Source of the DNA: a virus
Virus record (IMG/VR): IMGVR_UViG_3300043313_001040
Span: 8,015-72,014 of that record
DNA: 64,000 bases
Reading direction: 5' to 3' (one strand)
Under the pieces are notes generated by a model that saw only the letters and a program-made list of their open reading frames with translations, was not told the origin of the DNA and did not search any database. The position numbers and the translations under genes were made by a program. Positions 9,211-18,886 of this stretch are shown piece after piece (the first letter of the stretch is position 1; each line of letters starts with the position of its first letter).

Positions 9211-9861
9211 TTAGTTGACTGCTTTTGGATCTTCCCACGGCGCGTCGTCAGCGATCCAGGCTGACTTTTTTACTTCTTCCGTGGCGGGTTCTGGTTTGGG
9301 GATTCTGACGCCTTTTAACTCTTCCGGGCGCTCGTATTTTTTCCTGTTGGCCAGGAAGAGATACTCGGACCCAGGAGAGTTCATGTCCTGAAGGATGTCG
9401 ACGACCATATCGCAGAGGGCCCTGAGCCCTTCTTCGCCTTCTTCTTCGGCTACGTTGACGTAAATATCCGGAGTGGACATTTCATCGAGATCGTGTTCCT
9501 CGCAGTGTTCCGGCCACTTAGCCTTCATCTTTTCCCTGAGATTGCGTCGCAGGCTGCTCTCTCGCAAGGTATTGCTACCAAGCTCGGCGACTGCGAATTC
9601 ACGCAGCCCTTCCGCTCTCGATTGGTCGCTGTCCCAACCAAGAGAGTCATTCAAGTGAATGCCCAGGTTAATAAGCCAGGGCATCACGCAATGTTTCGGC
9701 TGATCGTCTTTGCCCGGCAATCCCGTCGCCAGACTTACTGCTTGCTGGACGCAGAAGGTGTTGTTCTCCTTGCTGCCAGCGCCATGAACAAGCCCCTCCT
9801 TGTTATCTAACAAGCCGAGAAGCTTTAATACTACATCTTTGGTTATACTAAATAACCCCAT
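9211..9861 (-). CDS. Hypothetical protein
   Basis: 216 aa; CVQQAVS..DQPKHCV...LND. Confidence 0.75.
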   Translation of the reverse strand: MGLFSITKDVVLKLLGLLDNKEGLVHGAGSKENNTFCVQQAVSLATGLPGKDDQPKHCVMPWLINLGIHLNDSLGWDSDQSRAEGLREFAVAELGSNTLRESSLRRNLREKMKAKWPEHCEEHDLDEMSTPDIYVNVAEEEGEEGLRALCDMVVDILQDMNSPGSEYLFLANRKKYERPEELKGVRIPKPEPATEEVKKSAWIADDAPWEDPKAVN

Positions 9862-9863
9862 TT

Positions 9864-10136
9864 TTACCTCCTATGTGTTGTTGTTGATTGTCCTGAGGGA
9901 GACATTTCTGTAAGACTACCTTGAGCAGTCTCGAATTGAACGATGATTGGAATACCTTCCTCTTTGGCCATACAGGGTATTGCTACCGGCATAGGCCCTT
10001 CGTTAGGCAGTTCAATCACCCTTTCCCACACAACCTTTCGGTTGTCTTCTCTGAGCATCCGAATCGTGATCGGATAGTCCTCCTTTGGCAGGTTATACTG
10101 ATTCACTGTTAATCGAGGAAGCCGTCTCCAGCCCAC
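9864..10136 (-). CDS. Hypothetical protein
   Basis: Operon packing. Confidence 0.6.
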   Translation of the reverse strand: MGWRRLPRLTVNQYNLPKEDYPITIRMLREDNRKVVWERVIELPNEGPMPVAIPCMAKEEGIPIIVQFETAQGSLTEMSPSGQSTTTHRR

Positions 10137-10276
10137 CGGCTGACTCTTTGCTTCTTCCTCGCCTCATACTCCTTGCGGAGTTTCCTCTCTTTCCACCAGT
10201 ATCGGACCCTCGGAATGATGATTCCGCCCAGCAGAATCAAGAACACGATGATCGCTGCTGCCTGATACCGGTTCAT
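10109..10276 (-). CDS. Small single-TM protein
   Basis: MNRYQAAAIIVFLILLGGIIIP then basic tail. Confidence 0.6.
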   Translation of the reverse strand: MNRYQAAAIIVFLILLGGIIIPRVRYWWKERKLRKEYEARKKQRVSRWAGDGFLD

Positions 10277-10977
10277 TTGACCCCCTTCAGGGTCGCCACC
10301 AGGGCGTCCCGGCGTTGCGCGACGATGTTTCGGTCCTCCGGGTCCTGGCACAGCTCCAGGAGCCGTTCTATGCCCTTATTCAGGGCGTCCGAGACCTCAT
10401 CGACCGTCGCTGTTCGGCCTTCCTTCCACCAGGAGACCTTTTCAGGGTTCCCGATGTCGAACAGCATGCCGCCTTTCCCGTCGTGCCACGGTTTGAGCTT
10501 CTCCGTGGTTTGCCAGACCGCCGTGACCCCAGGATTATGCGTCAGCATCAGCCCGGCGACGTTCTCAACGGCCGTTTTGGTCACTTCGTCCTCGCGCCGC
10601 TTCATTTGCGGCTTCGAAAGGAACGGGCAACCCTTTACCGACCATTCCGCGCAGTCGACGTGGCTCGGTGGCTCGGCCGAGTTGCGGTTAACTGTGCACA
10701 TCGGGCCCACAACGTAGGCTCGGTGCACTCCGAGCGGTTGGCCGCAGACCCAGCAGAGATTTCCGAAGACACAGGCTCTCATGTGGACGGGATCGACGAT
10801 GCGAAAGTCCGGAAACCCTTCTCCAGGCGGCCGTGGCATCATTTTGCCGCCTACTTCCTCCATCCACTGCACAAATGCAGGAACGGGATACCCGCGTTCG
10901 TCGACCGGCAGATTTTTTAATCGCTCGGTCAACTCCGGCAGGTCACTTCTCAGTTTGTGATGCGGACATTCGCTCAT
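10273..10977 (-). CDS. Conserved zinc-binding phage protein
   Basis: DERGYPVP..PDFR..CWVCGQ..GPMC..EPPSH..CA..GCPFL. Confidence 0.8.
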   Translation of the reverse strand: MSECPHHKLRSDLPELTERLKNLPVDERGYPVPAFVQWMEEVGGKMMPRPPGEGFPDFRIVDPVHMRACVFGNLCWVCGQPLGVHRAYVVGPMCTVNRNSAEPPSHVDCAEWSVKGCPFLSKPQMKRREDEVTKTAVENVAGLMLTHNPGVTAVWQTTEKLKPWHDGKGGMLFDIGNPEKVSWWKEGRTATVDEVSDALNKGIERLLELCQDPEDRNIVAQRRDALVATLKGVK

Positions 10978-11317
10978 CAGTTTCCTCCTTTAGTTGCTGC
11001 GCTGCGTCGAGCACCTTCTCGGCTTGCTTTTCGAGCTTGAGAAGGTCACGTTCATTGATGATCGGGCGATGACGGGCCAGCTTCTTTTTCACCGGGGCCT
11101 TCAACGCCTTAACTGACTTAGCTTTCGGACCCGTTACCCTTTTGGTCTTGGGTTTTGAACGCTTCCTTTTCCTCCGGATTTCTTTTTCGGCTTCCATGAT
11201 TGTTACCACCGTGGTAGCAGCCACGCCGAGGATGCTGATTACTCCAGCAACGATCTTCAGGTTCCTGTCGAACTTATGATCTGACTGTTGTTGTTTAATG
11301 TCGTCGTGTTGACTCAT
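10943..11317 (-). CDS. TM-anchored basic protein
   Basis: One hydrophobic helix then K/R-rich segment; SD with CAA leader. Confidence 0.65.
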   Translation of the reverse strand: MSQHDDIKQQQSDHKFDRNLKIVAGVISILGVAATTVVTIMEAEKEIRRKRKRSKPKTKRVTGPKAKSVKALKAPVKKKLARHRPIINERDLLKLEKQAEKVLDAAQQLKEETDERMSASQTEK

Positions 11318-11393
11318 TTACTTCTCCTTGTTGTTGTTAGACTTTCGATTACATAGTTGATCGCGGCGATTACCACCACGATTTTTAGATACT

Positions 11394-11696
11394 TCATTGT
11401 TTGTTGCTTCCTTTCAATCCCCTGGCCTTCTTCTCCCAAGCTTCGTCTGTAGGCGCGTCCAGGAATCCGATCCCACAAAGCACTTGAAGCTGGTAGTTGC
11501 GCGAGCCCCGGCAGATAAGGGGTTCATCCGAGACTCGCTTTGCTCCTTCGATTTTCACCAATATTTCGCCTGTCGAATGACAGATACGAGAGGTTTTGAA
11601 CGAAGCTTCTTCAAGCTCCGCTCGTAGGAATGCTCCAGAACTTCCTTCCCGCCATGGGCAGGTGGAGCACATCTTTTCCGATACCGGGTAGGCCAT
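11394..11696 (-). CDS. DUF6283-like cysteine protein
   Basis: CSTCPWR...ICH...LICRG. Confidence 0.65.
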   Translation of the reverse strand: MAYPVSEKMCSTCPWREGSSGAFLRAELEEASFKTSRICHSTGEILVKIEGAKRVSDEPLICRGSRNYQLQVLCGIGFLDAPTDEAWEKKARGLKGSNKQ

Positions 11697-12026
11697 TTAT
11701 TCTGGTTGCGCTGGTCCGGGGTTTATTTTTCCCGAGCCATCCATGCCGAGCGCGATTTTGAATCGCTTCAGACCTGCGTGTTCCGTTATCGGACTTAAAG
11801 CCTTGTTCACGGCACTAACGTATTTTAGCATCCGCTCCGTGGCATCAAGATCTGCTTGGGTCAGCAAGTTGGCTCCGCATTTCGGGCACGGCCTGTTTAG
11901 CCATTCCCGAAAACCTTCGTTAACCGGCTCGTCATCCTGATGGTAGTCACATCCCGGCGCGTCACATTTGATACCTTTGATTTCTATAGCTGCTGGTGGT
12001 GGTTTCGCTTGACTATTTTCATTCAT
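11697..12026 (-). CDS. Zinc-ribbon protein
   Basis: KCDAPGCDY...WLNRPCPKCGANLLT. Confidence 0.7.
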   Translation of the reverse strand: MNENSQAKPPPAAIEIKGIKCDAPGCDYHQDDEPVNEGFREWLNRPCPKCGANLLTQADLDATERMLKYVSAVNKALSPITEHAGLKRFKIALGMDGSGKINPGPAQPE

Positions 12027-12100
12027 ATGTTTTATCTGTGGTTGTTGTTGTTGCAGGTGTTGGCCGGTGGGGTTTCGCTTCTTCCCCATCGGCCTTTTTA

Positions 12101-12880
12101 TTACTCTTCCAACTTCAGGTGATCTTTGCCTCGCAACCGGTTTAGCCGTTTCTGGACTTCGATTTTGAGGCTAACCAACTGTTCGGGACGGACGCGGTAG
12201 TTGTAGAGGTCCTCGATCAACTCCACGTATTGCATCATGCTGGCGCACTTTACCATCCGACTGCTTTGGCCCTCGATTTTCTTTATCATGCGCTCAGGAT
12301 CGAAGTCCTTAATGTGGAACAAGTGCATGATCGCTACCGCCAACGGCCGATCCGTAGCAAACGGAATCAGCTTTTTGAGGGTAACGATGACGTGCGCCAC
12401 CTTGTAGGCGTGCTGTTCATTCACCACCCTGAACGTGCCGTATCGAATAGATTCGACTCCGCCGCCACTTTGTTTCCCTCCCAAGAGAGACGCGCTCGTC
12501 GTTACCGGGAGATGGAACTCATGGATGAACGCTCGCAGCTTCACGTAGTCCTTCTTGCCCTGCTCGGCGAAGGAATGCACGTAGTCCCGTGGCGACCACG
12601 GGGTTTGAACACTGTTAGCTGCCGATACGTCAACGATTGAGATGCTGTCTCGTTCAATGTAGAATATCGGCGTCCTAAGTGCCTTAGCCGCTTCGAATCG
12701 CGATTGTCCGTCCGCGATTCCCAATTTACCCAAATGCGGTGTCACCAGGATCGGATAATCCGCGAGCTGGTTCTTCCGCTTGATGGCTTTTATCATCTTG
12801 GCGACCCGTTTTGCCGTGGGTCGGTTGCCCTTGATGTAAGTGAACTTATTGTAGTCTGTTGTTGATAATACCTTAATCAT
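12101..12880 (-). CDS. ParB/Srx N-terminal domain protein
   Basis: F..IKGNR...YPILV..IADGQSRFEAAKAL, the ParB-N DG.HR-like motif. Confidence 0.75.
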   Translation of the reverse strand: MIKVLSTTDYNKFTYIKGNRPTAKRVAKMIKAIKRKNQLADYPILVTPHLGKLGIADGQSRFEAAKALRTPIFYIERDSISIVDVSAANSVQTPWSPRDYVHSFAEQGKKDYVKLRAFIHEFHLPVTTSASLLGGKQSGGGVESIRYGTFRVVNEQHAYKVAHVIVTLKKLIPFATDRPLAVAIMHLFHIKDFDPERMIKKIEGQSSRMVKCASMMQYVELIEDLYNYRVRPEQLVSLKIEVQKRLNRLRGKDHLKLEE

Positions 12881-12887
12881 GTTGTTG

Positions 12888-14540
12888 TTACTGACGTTTA
12901 ATGATCTGAATTAGGGAATCCGCTATGTTCTCGATCTCGTTCCTGACAAGAACGCTATCGAACCACTTGTGCAGCTTGTCGCTTCTTGCCCCAGGTTCTC
13001 CGACGTAGAGACCGATGGTGTAGACACCTTTCCGGTGCCACTCCTCCTTTCTGATGTGCTCGTCGGTGATCTCGCCGTCGGTGAAGAAGATCGTTAGATC
13101 GCTATTCACCAGCTCGGCCTCATTACTCCGCATGGTGTTAGCGAAGCCTTCGAAGCCTCCCGGGGTGTGGAGATGATTCAGAATCCTGGGATCGAATGGC
13201 ATCGGGACCTTGGCGTAGTTTCCTCCACTCAGGATCATATTTTTGCACTCGATCTTTCGCATTCTTACCAACTCGTTGAGCACGTAGGCCAGGTAGCACC
13301 CTTGTTCGGCAACTCCGCTCATTGAACCGCTGCAGTCCAGAACGAAGCTGATCTCTTTTACTCCATAGGGATCATCGCCTTTGCGCAGATAGATGTCGTC
13401 CGCGCCGCGCATGAACTTGTTGAAGTCGATCTTATTAGTCGGGTTCCGACTGGTTATAACTCCCTCGCCGCCCTCCAGGAACTTCTCGAACAACCGAATC
13501 AGGCCGTCAGCCTTCTTCGTGTCGATGGTTCTGATTTTGTGGCCGAAGAACTCGTTAAGTGGAAGCACCAGTTTCTTGTCCTTGTGATCTTGCACCTTCA
13601 AGTCCGGACGAGGCGGGTCCTTTTTGAGATGCCCACCTGACGGACTAGCGCCGCTGGTCCTGGCGACTGTTTCCTCGATTTCTTTGTGCTCGCTGCCATC
13701 GGCGGCCTCTGCGCCCTCTGGCATGGCTCCGTCGCCCGGGTCCTGAGGATCTGGCAAGTCGGTTCCATGTGGACCGGCAAACCCTTCTCCAGGCGCTAAA
13801 CCGCCAGATCCTTCCGCGCCGCCCCCGCCTGTCTCGGGAAAGGTTTTAATCCAGCTCTGGACAATAGGAATGATCTCTTCGGTCCCGGCCGCGTGGATTG
13901 CTCGCCGATAATACCACCTTATCAGGTTGCGACGCCCATACTTCGGGTCGCCAGCGCCTTCGAATTGCATCTTTGGGTCAGGATCTTTTTTCACCCAATC
14001 CTCCATCAGCTTTGGGCTGTTCTCCATGCGGGTGCAGTCGAGAAACAGCCTTACTGCTGGTTGCGGTTTGCCTTCCGCTTTTATGGCCTCAAGGGCTGGG
14101 TCGCCCTTCATCTCGTCGATCAGCTTCAGGTAGCGGAGCCACCCAAACCGACGACGAAACATTCGACGCCACTTGGCCTCGATCCGAGCGTCTTCCATCA
14201 GGTTCCACAAGTGGAACGGGATTTTCGCGTCTTTCTGGAGCGTCGCCATCCGTTCATTGGCCCGGTTGGTAAAGAGGCTGTGGGCCCCTTCGTGATCGTA
14301 AACACGTTGAACGAATGCCATCTTGCCCCTCGACCAGAGAGTGCGTTCGGCGCACTTGTCCAGGTCGGAAGCAATGACGATATTGTGGCGGCTAATACGA
14401 TTGTCGTAGCGCCACGATGCCTCTGGCTTGAAGCCCTCAGGCATAAAGGCTAGGTCGTAACCGTCAACGGTTGTCAGTCGCATGAACCGACTTTCGATGT
14501 GGTAATCAACCAGCCTCGTTTTTTCGCGATAGTTTAGCAT
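12888..14540 (-). CDS. vWA (MIDAS) domain protein with N-terminal HExxH region, CobT/MoxR partner
   Basis: HEGAH, NLMEDARIE, FVLDCSGSM, FFTDG. Confidence 0.85.
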   Translation of the reverse strand: MLNYREKTRLVDYHIESRFMRLTTVDGYDLAFMPEGFKPEASWRYDNRISRHNIVIASDLDKCAERTLWSRGKMAFVQRVYDHEGAHSLFTNRANERMATLQKDAKIPFHLWNLMEDARIEAKWRRMFRRRFGWLRYLKLIDEMKGDPALEAIKAEGKPQPAVRLFLDCTRMENSPKLMEDWVKKDPDPKMQFEGAGDPKYGRRNLIRWYYRRAIHAAGTEEIIPIVQSWIKTFPETGGGGAEGSGGLAPGEGFAGPHGTDLPDPQDPGDGAMPEGAEAADGSEHKEIEETVARTSGASPSGGHLKKDPPRPDLKVQDHKDKKLVLPLNEFFGHKIRTIDTKKADGLIRLFEKFLEGGEGVITSRNPTNKIDFNKFMRGADDIYLRKGDDPYGVKEISFVLDCSGSMSGVAEQGCYLAYVLNELVRMRKIECKNMILSGGNYAKVPMPFDPRILNHLHTPGGFEGFANTMRSNEAELVNSDLTIFFTDGEITDEHIRKEEWHRKGVYTIGLYVGEPGARSDKLHKWFDSVLVRNEIENIADSLIQIIKRQ

Positions 14541-14548
14541 ACTTCTCC

Positions 14549-15718
14549 TTAGTTAGGCCGAATCGGGAAGTGGCGAGCGATCAGCTTACGCAACTGATCC
14601 AATTGCTCTGGACTCCGGTGGCCCTGGATATTTCTACCTACCCATACCAGGGCTGAGTCGAGCAACGTATTGCCAATGTCCATCTCGTTCTCGGCCATCT
14701 TGATTCCATCGCAAAGAATACGAACATCCGGCTCCAGCATCAGGAAGTTATCTGCCTTCAGCTTTTTACCTTCAGAGAGTAGCTTCGCGAACTTCGGTGT
14801 AAGCGACACGCTGAACCCGTGATCTTTGAGCACGGTAGCTATGATTCGCTTCACCGATTCCTCCGTGGTCTGCAGATCATACTGCAACCATCTACCAGCT
14901 TCCGCTGGGTCACCTGCTTGAACGTCGAAACCCGCACCGATGTTTGTTGATGCGATGATTGAGATCATGTGACGCGGCGCGAAGATCGTCTCTTGATTGG
15001 TTACGAGACCATCTTCTACGTTAATGATCCGGCCAGTCGAAATCGTGTAATACTCGATCCCGTCTGGCATCCTGAATGGAGATAGACCGCTAATAAGCGG
15101 ACTGCGTTCGCGCACTTTGATCCTATACAACTCGTCGATGTAAAGACAGACTCTCTTGCCCTGGGACGCGAGTCGAAACGCGCGAGCCAGTTCACCATCC
15201 TGCCATACTGCTGTAGTTGCGCCTCCCGATGGAGCCCATGGTCTAGGCCCTCCTTTCATCTGTTGAGCGTCCACGCCTTCATCGCCCTGCATGAGAACGA
15301 CTTCATCGAACGGCTGCGAGTAGGCGAACACCTTCGCTGCCGTCGTTTTGCCCGAACCCTGGTCACCAATGAACAGGACCGGCTTCTTCGCTGCACCCGG
15401 AGGCACATACTTTCGAAGATACTTCATTACGCTGCTCTCATCACTCGCTTCTGGCGAGAGAGCAGCTTTGATTGCTTTCTTCTTCTCTACTGGTAACGGC
15501 TCGACGATCTTGGAGATGATCTCGTGCAGCTCTTTTTCAATCGGCGGGATGATGTCTTCCCGGCCGAGCTTTATTCTTGTTTCGCTGAGAATCTTGTAAA
15601 CATGATCCTCGATTTCCGCTTGCTGTGTGGGGCTAAGCGCCATATACTTCTTCTTCCCTTTCTTCCTGGCCTCCCTCAGCTTCTTACGTTTATGGTAAGC
15701 TGCGTCTCTGGTTGGCAT
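14549..15718 (-). CDS. MoxR/CbbQ-NirQ-type AAA+ ATPase
   Basis: Walker A GDQGSGKT, WQDGEL, Walker B YIDE, STN; next to vWA gene. Confidence 0.88.
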   Translation of the reverse strand: MPTRDAAYHKRKKLREARKKGKKKYMALSPTQQAEIEDHVYKILSETRIKLGREDIIPPIEKELHEIISKIVEPLPVEKKKAIKAALSPEASDESSVMKYLRKYVPPGAAKKPVLFIGDQGSGKTTAAKVFAYSQPFDEVVLMQGDEGVDAQQMKGGPRPWAPSGGATTAVWQDGELARAFRLASQGKRVCLYIDELYRIKVRERSPLISGLSPFRMPDGIEYYTISTGRIINVEDGLVTNQETIFAPRHMISIIASTNIGAGFDVQAGDPAEAGRWLQYDLQTTEESVKRIIATVLKDHGFSVSLTPKFAKLLSEGKKLKADNFLMLEPDVRILCDGIKMAENEMDIGNTLLDSALVWVGRNIQGHRSPEQLDQLRKLIARHFPIRPN

Positions 15719-15729
15719 TGTTGTTGTTT

Positions 15730-15745
15730 TTGCAGCACGCTGCAA
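15730..15745. repeat. 16-bp palindrome copy 3 (intergenic, upstream of MoxR gene)
   Basis: TTGCAGCACGCTGCAA. Confidence 0.9.
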
Positions 15746-15801
15746 AGAGGGTCGGACTCCTTGCAGCGAGGTTGTCAGACTTGTCCTACAGGGTCAAGTC
15801 T

Positions 15802-16002
15802 TTATTTTTCAGTGAAGGCAGCTATTCGCTCACCCAAAATGTCTGAGTATAACGTCATAGCTACCAGTTGCCGTTCGAGGCGTAACTGCTCTGGCCCCTT
15901 TACGGAGCGATATGCCTCGCCCCGAAGAAACGCGGTCAGTTTGTCACGCTTTTCGTCCAGCTCTTTTTTTTCGGTCACCACCCTTTCTTGATGTGGTGCC
16001 AT
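15802..16002 (-). CDS. crAss001_48-like helical hairpin protein
   Basis: PHQERVV.EK.ELD.K..KL.AF...EQ.RL..Q...M..YS.IL.ERI..F. Confidence 0.75.
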   Translation of the reverse strand: MAPHQERVVTEKKELDEKRDKLTAFLRGEAYRSVKGPEQLRLERQLVAMTLYSDILGERIAAFTEK

Positions 16003-16571
16003 TACGCCGCTTTCTTCGGGTTCTTCGGGTTCTCCACGCCTTCCTGGAGATACTCCGACAGCATCAGGTGCCCGAGGATCAGATCGTCGAGCATTTCCGA
16101 TGTTACGTAGTCCGGGATGATTTGCGGCAACGGTGGGCTCATCCCGTCGTCGAACCCAATCCAGTTGTTCTCGCCATCGTCGATGTCCGGCACGAACCGG
16201 GGAGCCGGATGGCCAACGGTGCCCGCACCACTGTTGATACGAGCCGTGAAGATGAAGTCCGGCGAAAACCGGGGATCATCATCTATGTCCATCCAACGTC
16301 CGCGTCCGTCGAACGGAGCGCGACCCGCCTTGAAGGCGTCGTAGTCCATCGGTTTGCGCAGCTTGAAGTAGTAATACCTCCCGTCTGCGTGCACGATGAT
16401 TCCTTCCTGGACGTAGATCGTGTCAGGGTCTACGTCTTCTTCCTTCATGCCTTCCGGCACGTAACCCGGAATGACATCCGGCTTCTTGACTACCGCATAG
16501 CGGTGCTGGTTGGCGTCCAGCAGGTAAACTAGATCCCATTCGGGATCGAATTTGCGTTCTACTCTTGGCAT
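16002..16571 (-). CDS. Hypothetical acidic protein
   Basis: 189 aa, CAA leader. Confidence 0.7.
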   Translation of the reverse strand: MPRVERKFDPEWDLVYLLDANQHRYAVVKKPDVIPGYVPEGMKEEDVDPDTIYVQEGIIVHADGRYYYFKLRKPMDYDAFKAGRAPFDGRGRWMDIDDDPRFSPDFIFTARINSGAGTVGHPAPRFVPDIDDGENNWIGFDDGMSPPLPQIIPDYVTSEMLDDLILGHLMLSEYLQEGVENPKNPKKAA

Positions 16572-16655
16572 AACTGTTGTTGCTTTCTATTTTTGTGGAA
16601 AGGGCGGCCCCGAATCAACCAAGGACCGAGGCCGCCCGACTTCCGTTGTTTCTAA

Positions 16656-18197
16656 TTAGGCTCCGAGCGACTTCTTGATCTTCTTAACGTCGCCTGCCAC
16701 TGCATCGACCTTCGGGCCGATGACTTCTTCGATTGCCACCCGCGAAGGCGACAATATTTGATGTGCTTTCTTGACCAGGCTCAGGTCCTTCTCGGCCTGA
16801 GTCGTGCCATCGCCGCGTGGGCGAGCCTTCTTCTGCATGACCTCGCCAGCGATCACCAACATTTCTGTGGTGACGCGCGCGTCGATCTCTGCACCGAACT
16901 TGCCAATCGCACGCATCTTTGCGCGATTGATGCCGTTCACGATGTCCGCAGGCACCAGGTCCTTGAACGCCTCCCCGATAGCCGTAATGTCCACGTCCGG
17001 CGCAATGAATTGCCCCGCGACATGTTGAACGAAACGACCAGCCGCCTCCGCATCTGGCGGCGTAAGCTCGATGTCGATGTCGACACGGCCGGACCGCATG
17101 AATGCGTCGTTGATCTTCTCAGGGAAGTTGGTCGTGAAGACCGTGATGACTTCCGCGTTTTTGGCACCGACACCATCGAGCGTCTCCAGGATGGAGTTCA
17201 TCTCTTTGGTCCGTTCCCCGCTGAAGATCGCGTCGCAATCCTCAACGAACAGCACCGATGGGCTGTAGAGCTGCGCCAGCTTGTAGGCCGACAGGAACTT
17301 CTCCGGAGTTTTCAGGTAGAAGTAAGTCCACCCGTGCTCCTTCGCGATCTGCGCCGTGTAATACGACGTGAGCGATTTACCGGTTCCGAACTTGCCCTTC
17401 AACAGCACGCCGCGCTTCACGGCGACTCCATTGATTCGGAAGTCCTGCGGACGTTTCATAACGTCCCAGACCTCCGTCTGCAGCTCGAACTCGATGTCTC
17501 GCGGAAGAATGAGCATGACCTCCTTGGTCACGTCCATATACTTCGGCGCACACTGCGTCGGATCGAAGTTCTCCGTTCCGACATAGCTCAGATCAAGTTC
17601 AACCGGCTGACCGCGATAGATGGAGTGTTCCTTCAGGAACCACTTCGCGGTTTCGACGACTTCCTTGATCGAAGGCTCGAATTTGCGTTTCACAACGCCC
17701 GACACTCCCAACGCGAGAGGTGCACTCGCACCCTTCACGAACAGGCTAAGGCTTCCACCTTCCCATGCGGGCGGAGCCATCTCGCCATAAACAACCTGGA
17801 CGCTTTCTTCCAGGCTGACGGCGATGTTGAGACGACGCGGCGGCCGAGGGCCGAAGAACGTCATTCTCTCCTTGGCGTGGGTGAACCCATACACCTTTTC
17901 TAAGGCCCTGTTCACGGCCACGATGCCATCCAGAGGATAGCAGTCGAACTCGAAGGAGATTTCCACTGGCTGCTCCTCCAACTCCTCAGCCTGGAGCAAT
18001 GCCTTGTGCAGCTCCTTGTAGCTGTTGGCCCGGACAAACCGTTGCCCGAACCGTAGGACCTCGAATTGAGGCTCGACTACCGCCGTCCCTTCTTTGACGG
18101 ACGACTCCCTGCCGATCAGCTCCGTTGTTACCAGAGCTTTATCGGATACATCTGCTTTTCGTGTTTTTACCATTTGATACCTACTTCTTCTAAGCAT
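16656..18197 (-). CDS. Classic-clade AAA+ ATPase (CDC48/FtsH-like ATPase domain)
   Basis: RGVLLKGKFGTGKS, VLFVEDCD, TTN.PEKI..AFMRSGRVD. Confidence 0.88.
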   Translation of the reverse strand: MLRRSRYQMVKTRKADVSDKALVTTELIGRESSVKEGTAVVEPQFEVLRFGQRFVRANSYKELHKALLQAEELEEQPVEISFEFDCYPLDGIVAVNRALEKVYGFTHAKERMTFFGPRPPRRLNIAVSLEESVQVVYGEMAPPAWEGGSLSLFVKGASAPLALGVSGVVKRKFEPSIKEVVETAKWFLKEHSIYRGQPVELDLSYVGTENFDPTQCAPKYMDVTKEVMLILPRDIEFELQTEVWDVMKRPQDFRINGVAVKRGVLLKGKFGTGKSLTSYYTAQIAKEHGWTYFYLKTPEKFLSAYKLAQLYSPSVLFVEDCDAIFSGERTKEMNSILETLDGVGAKNAEVITVFTTNFPEKINDAFMRSGRVDIDIELTPPDAEAAGRFVQHVAGQFIAPDVDITAIGEAFKDLVPADIVNGINRAKMRAIGKFGAEIDARVTTEMLVIAGEVMQKKARPRGDGTTQAEKDLSLVKKAHQILSPSRVAIEEVIGPKVDAVAGDVKKIKKSLGA

Positions 18198-18271
18198 GGG
18201 ATTTGTTGTTGTTATTTACCTGACCCACCCACACTAAACTGGCTTCCAGGTAATCTGCTGTAACGTTGGCA

Positions 18272-18320
18272 GCAGACTGGGGGAGAGTCCTTAGCTAAAT
18301 GGACTCTCCCCGGTGTCTGC
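18272..18320 (-). other. Long intergenic RNA hairpin (processing site or terminator)
   Basis: GCAGAC..GGGGAGAGTCC / GGACTCTCCCC..GTCTGC. Confidence 0.6.
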
Positions 18321-18323
18321 AAC

Positions 18324-18578
18324 CTATGCGATTACGGCTTCTGTTTTCTTTTTCATCGCTTTACGCCGGTCTTCCTGGGTAAGTTTGCCCAGTTTGACCC
18401 GAGTCCGTAGCTGAGACGGACTTCCGATTTCAGGATGAATTGAAACTGCGATTAGTCGTTTTTCGCGGTTCGCTTTTCGCCGAAGCAGCTTGACTGGATA
18501 TGTCGCTTTGAAGTTCGCGTAATATCCTTTGTCTGCCGAGTGTCGGCGCATTTTGCTTTTCGATACTCCTTGTGCCAT
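18324..18578 (-). CDS. Small highly basic protein
   Basis: Perfect SD AAGGAGGTGAT; K/R-rich 84 aa. Confidence 0.75.
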   Translation of the reverse strand: MAQGVSKSKMRRHSADKGYYANFKATYPVKLLRRKANREKRLIAVSIHPEIGSPSQLRTRVKLGKLTQEDRRKAMKKKTEAVIA

Positions 18579-18664
18579 TCTTAATCACCTCCTTTCTGGT
18601 TGGCCTAACGAGGGGTTAGTCGTCAGCCAACTGTTTAGCAATTATCTTTCTTTTTGTTGCTGCT

Positions 18665-18886
18665 TTATACTTTCTCCAGAATGCTCCGGTCCGTCAGACC
18701 AGTAGCGAACGCCCACAGCAGGAGCGCCTTTGCAGGCAGCTCGTATGGATGTTCTTTCTGGGCTTGCTCACCAACCGTGAGAAGCTCACCAACTGGCGTC
18801 CCAAACGGCTCAGGATCTGGGTTCAGATGCTGAGGACCGGTGGAGACACACGTTGCGTATTGGTGGATGTTGCTATACTTCTTCAT
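18665..18886 (-). CDS. Hypothetical protein
   Basis: ORF in early operon. Confidence 0.5.
   Translation of the reverse strand: MKKYSNIHQYATCVSTGPQHLNPDPEPFGTPVGELLTVGEQAQKEHPYELPAKALLLWAFATGLTDRSILEKV

Noticed and set aside
16758-17903. 381-aa plus-strand ORF, and similar long antisense ORFs at 25200-26438, 29854-30975, 31372-32325 and 48283-49053
   Set aside because: Shadow frames of strongly codon-biased genes with no recognisable motifs
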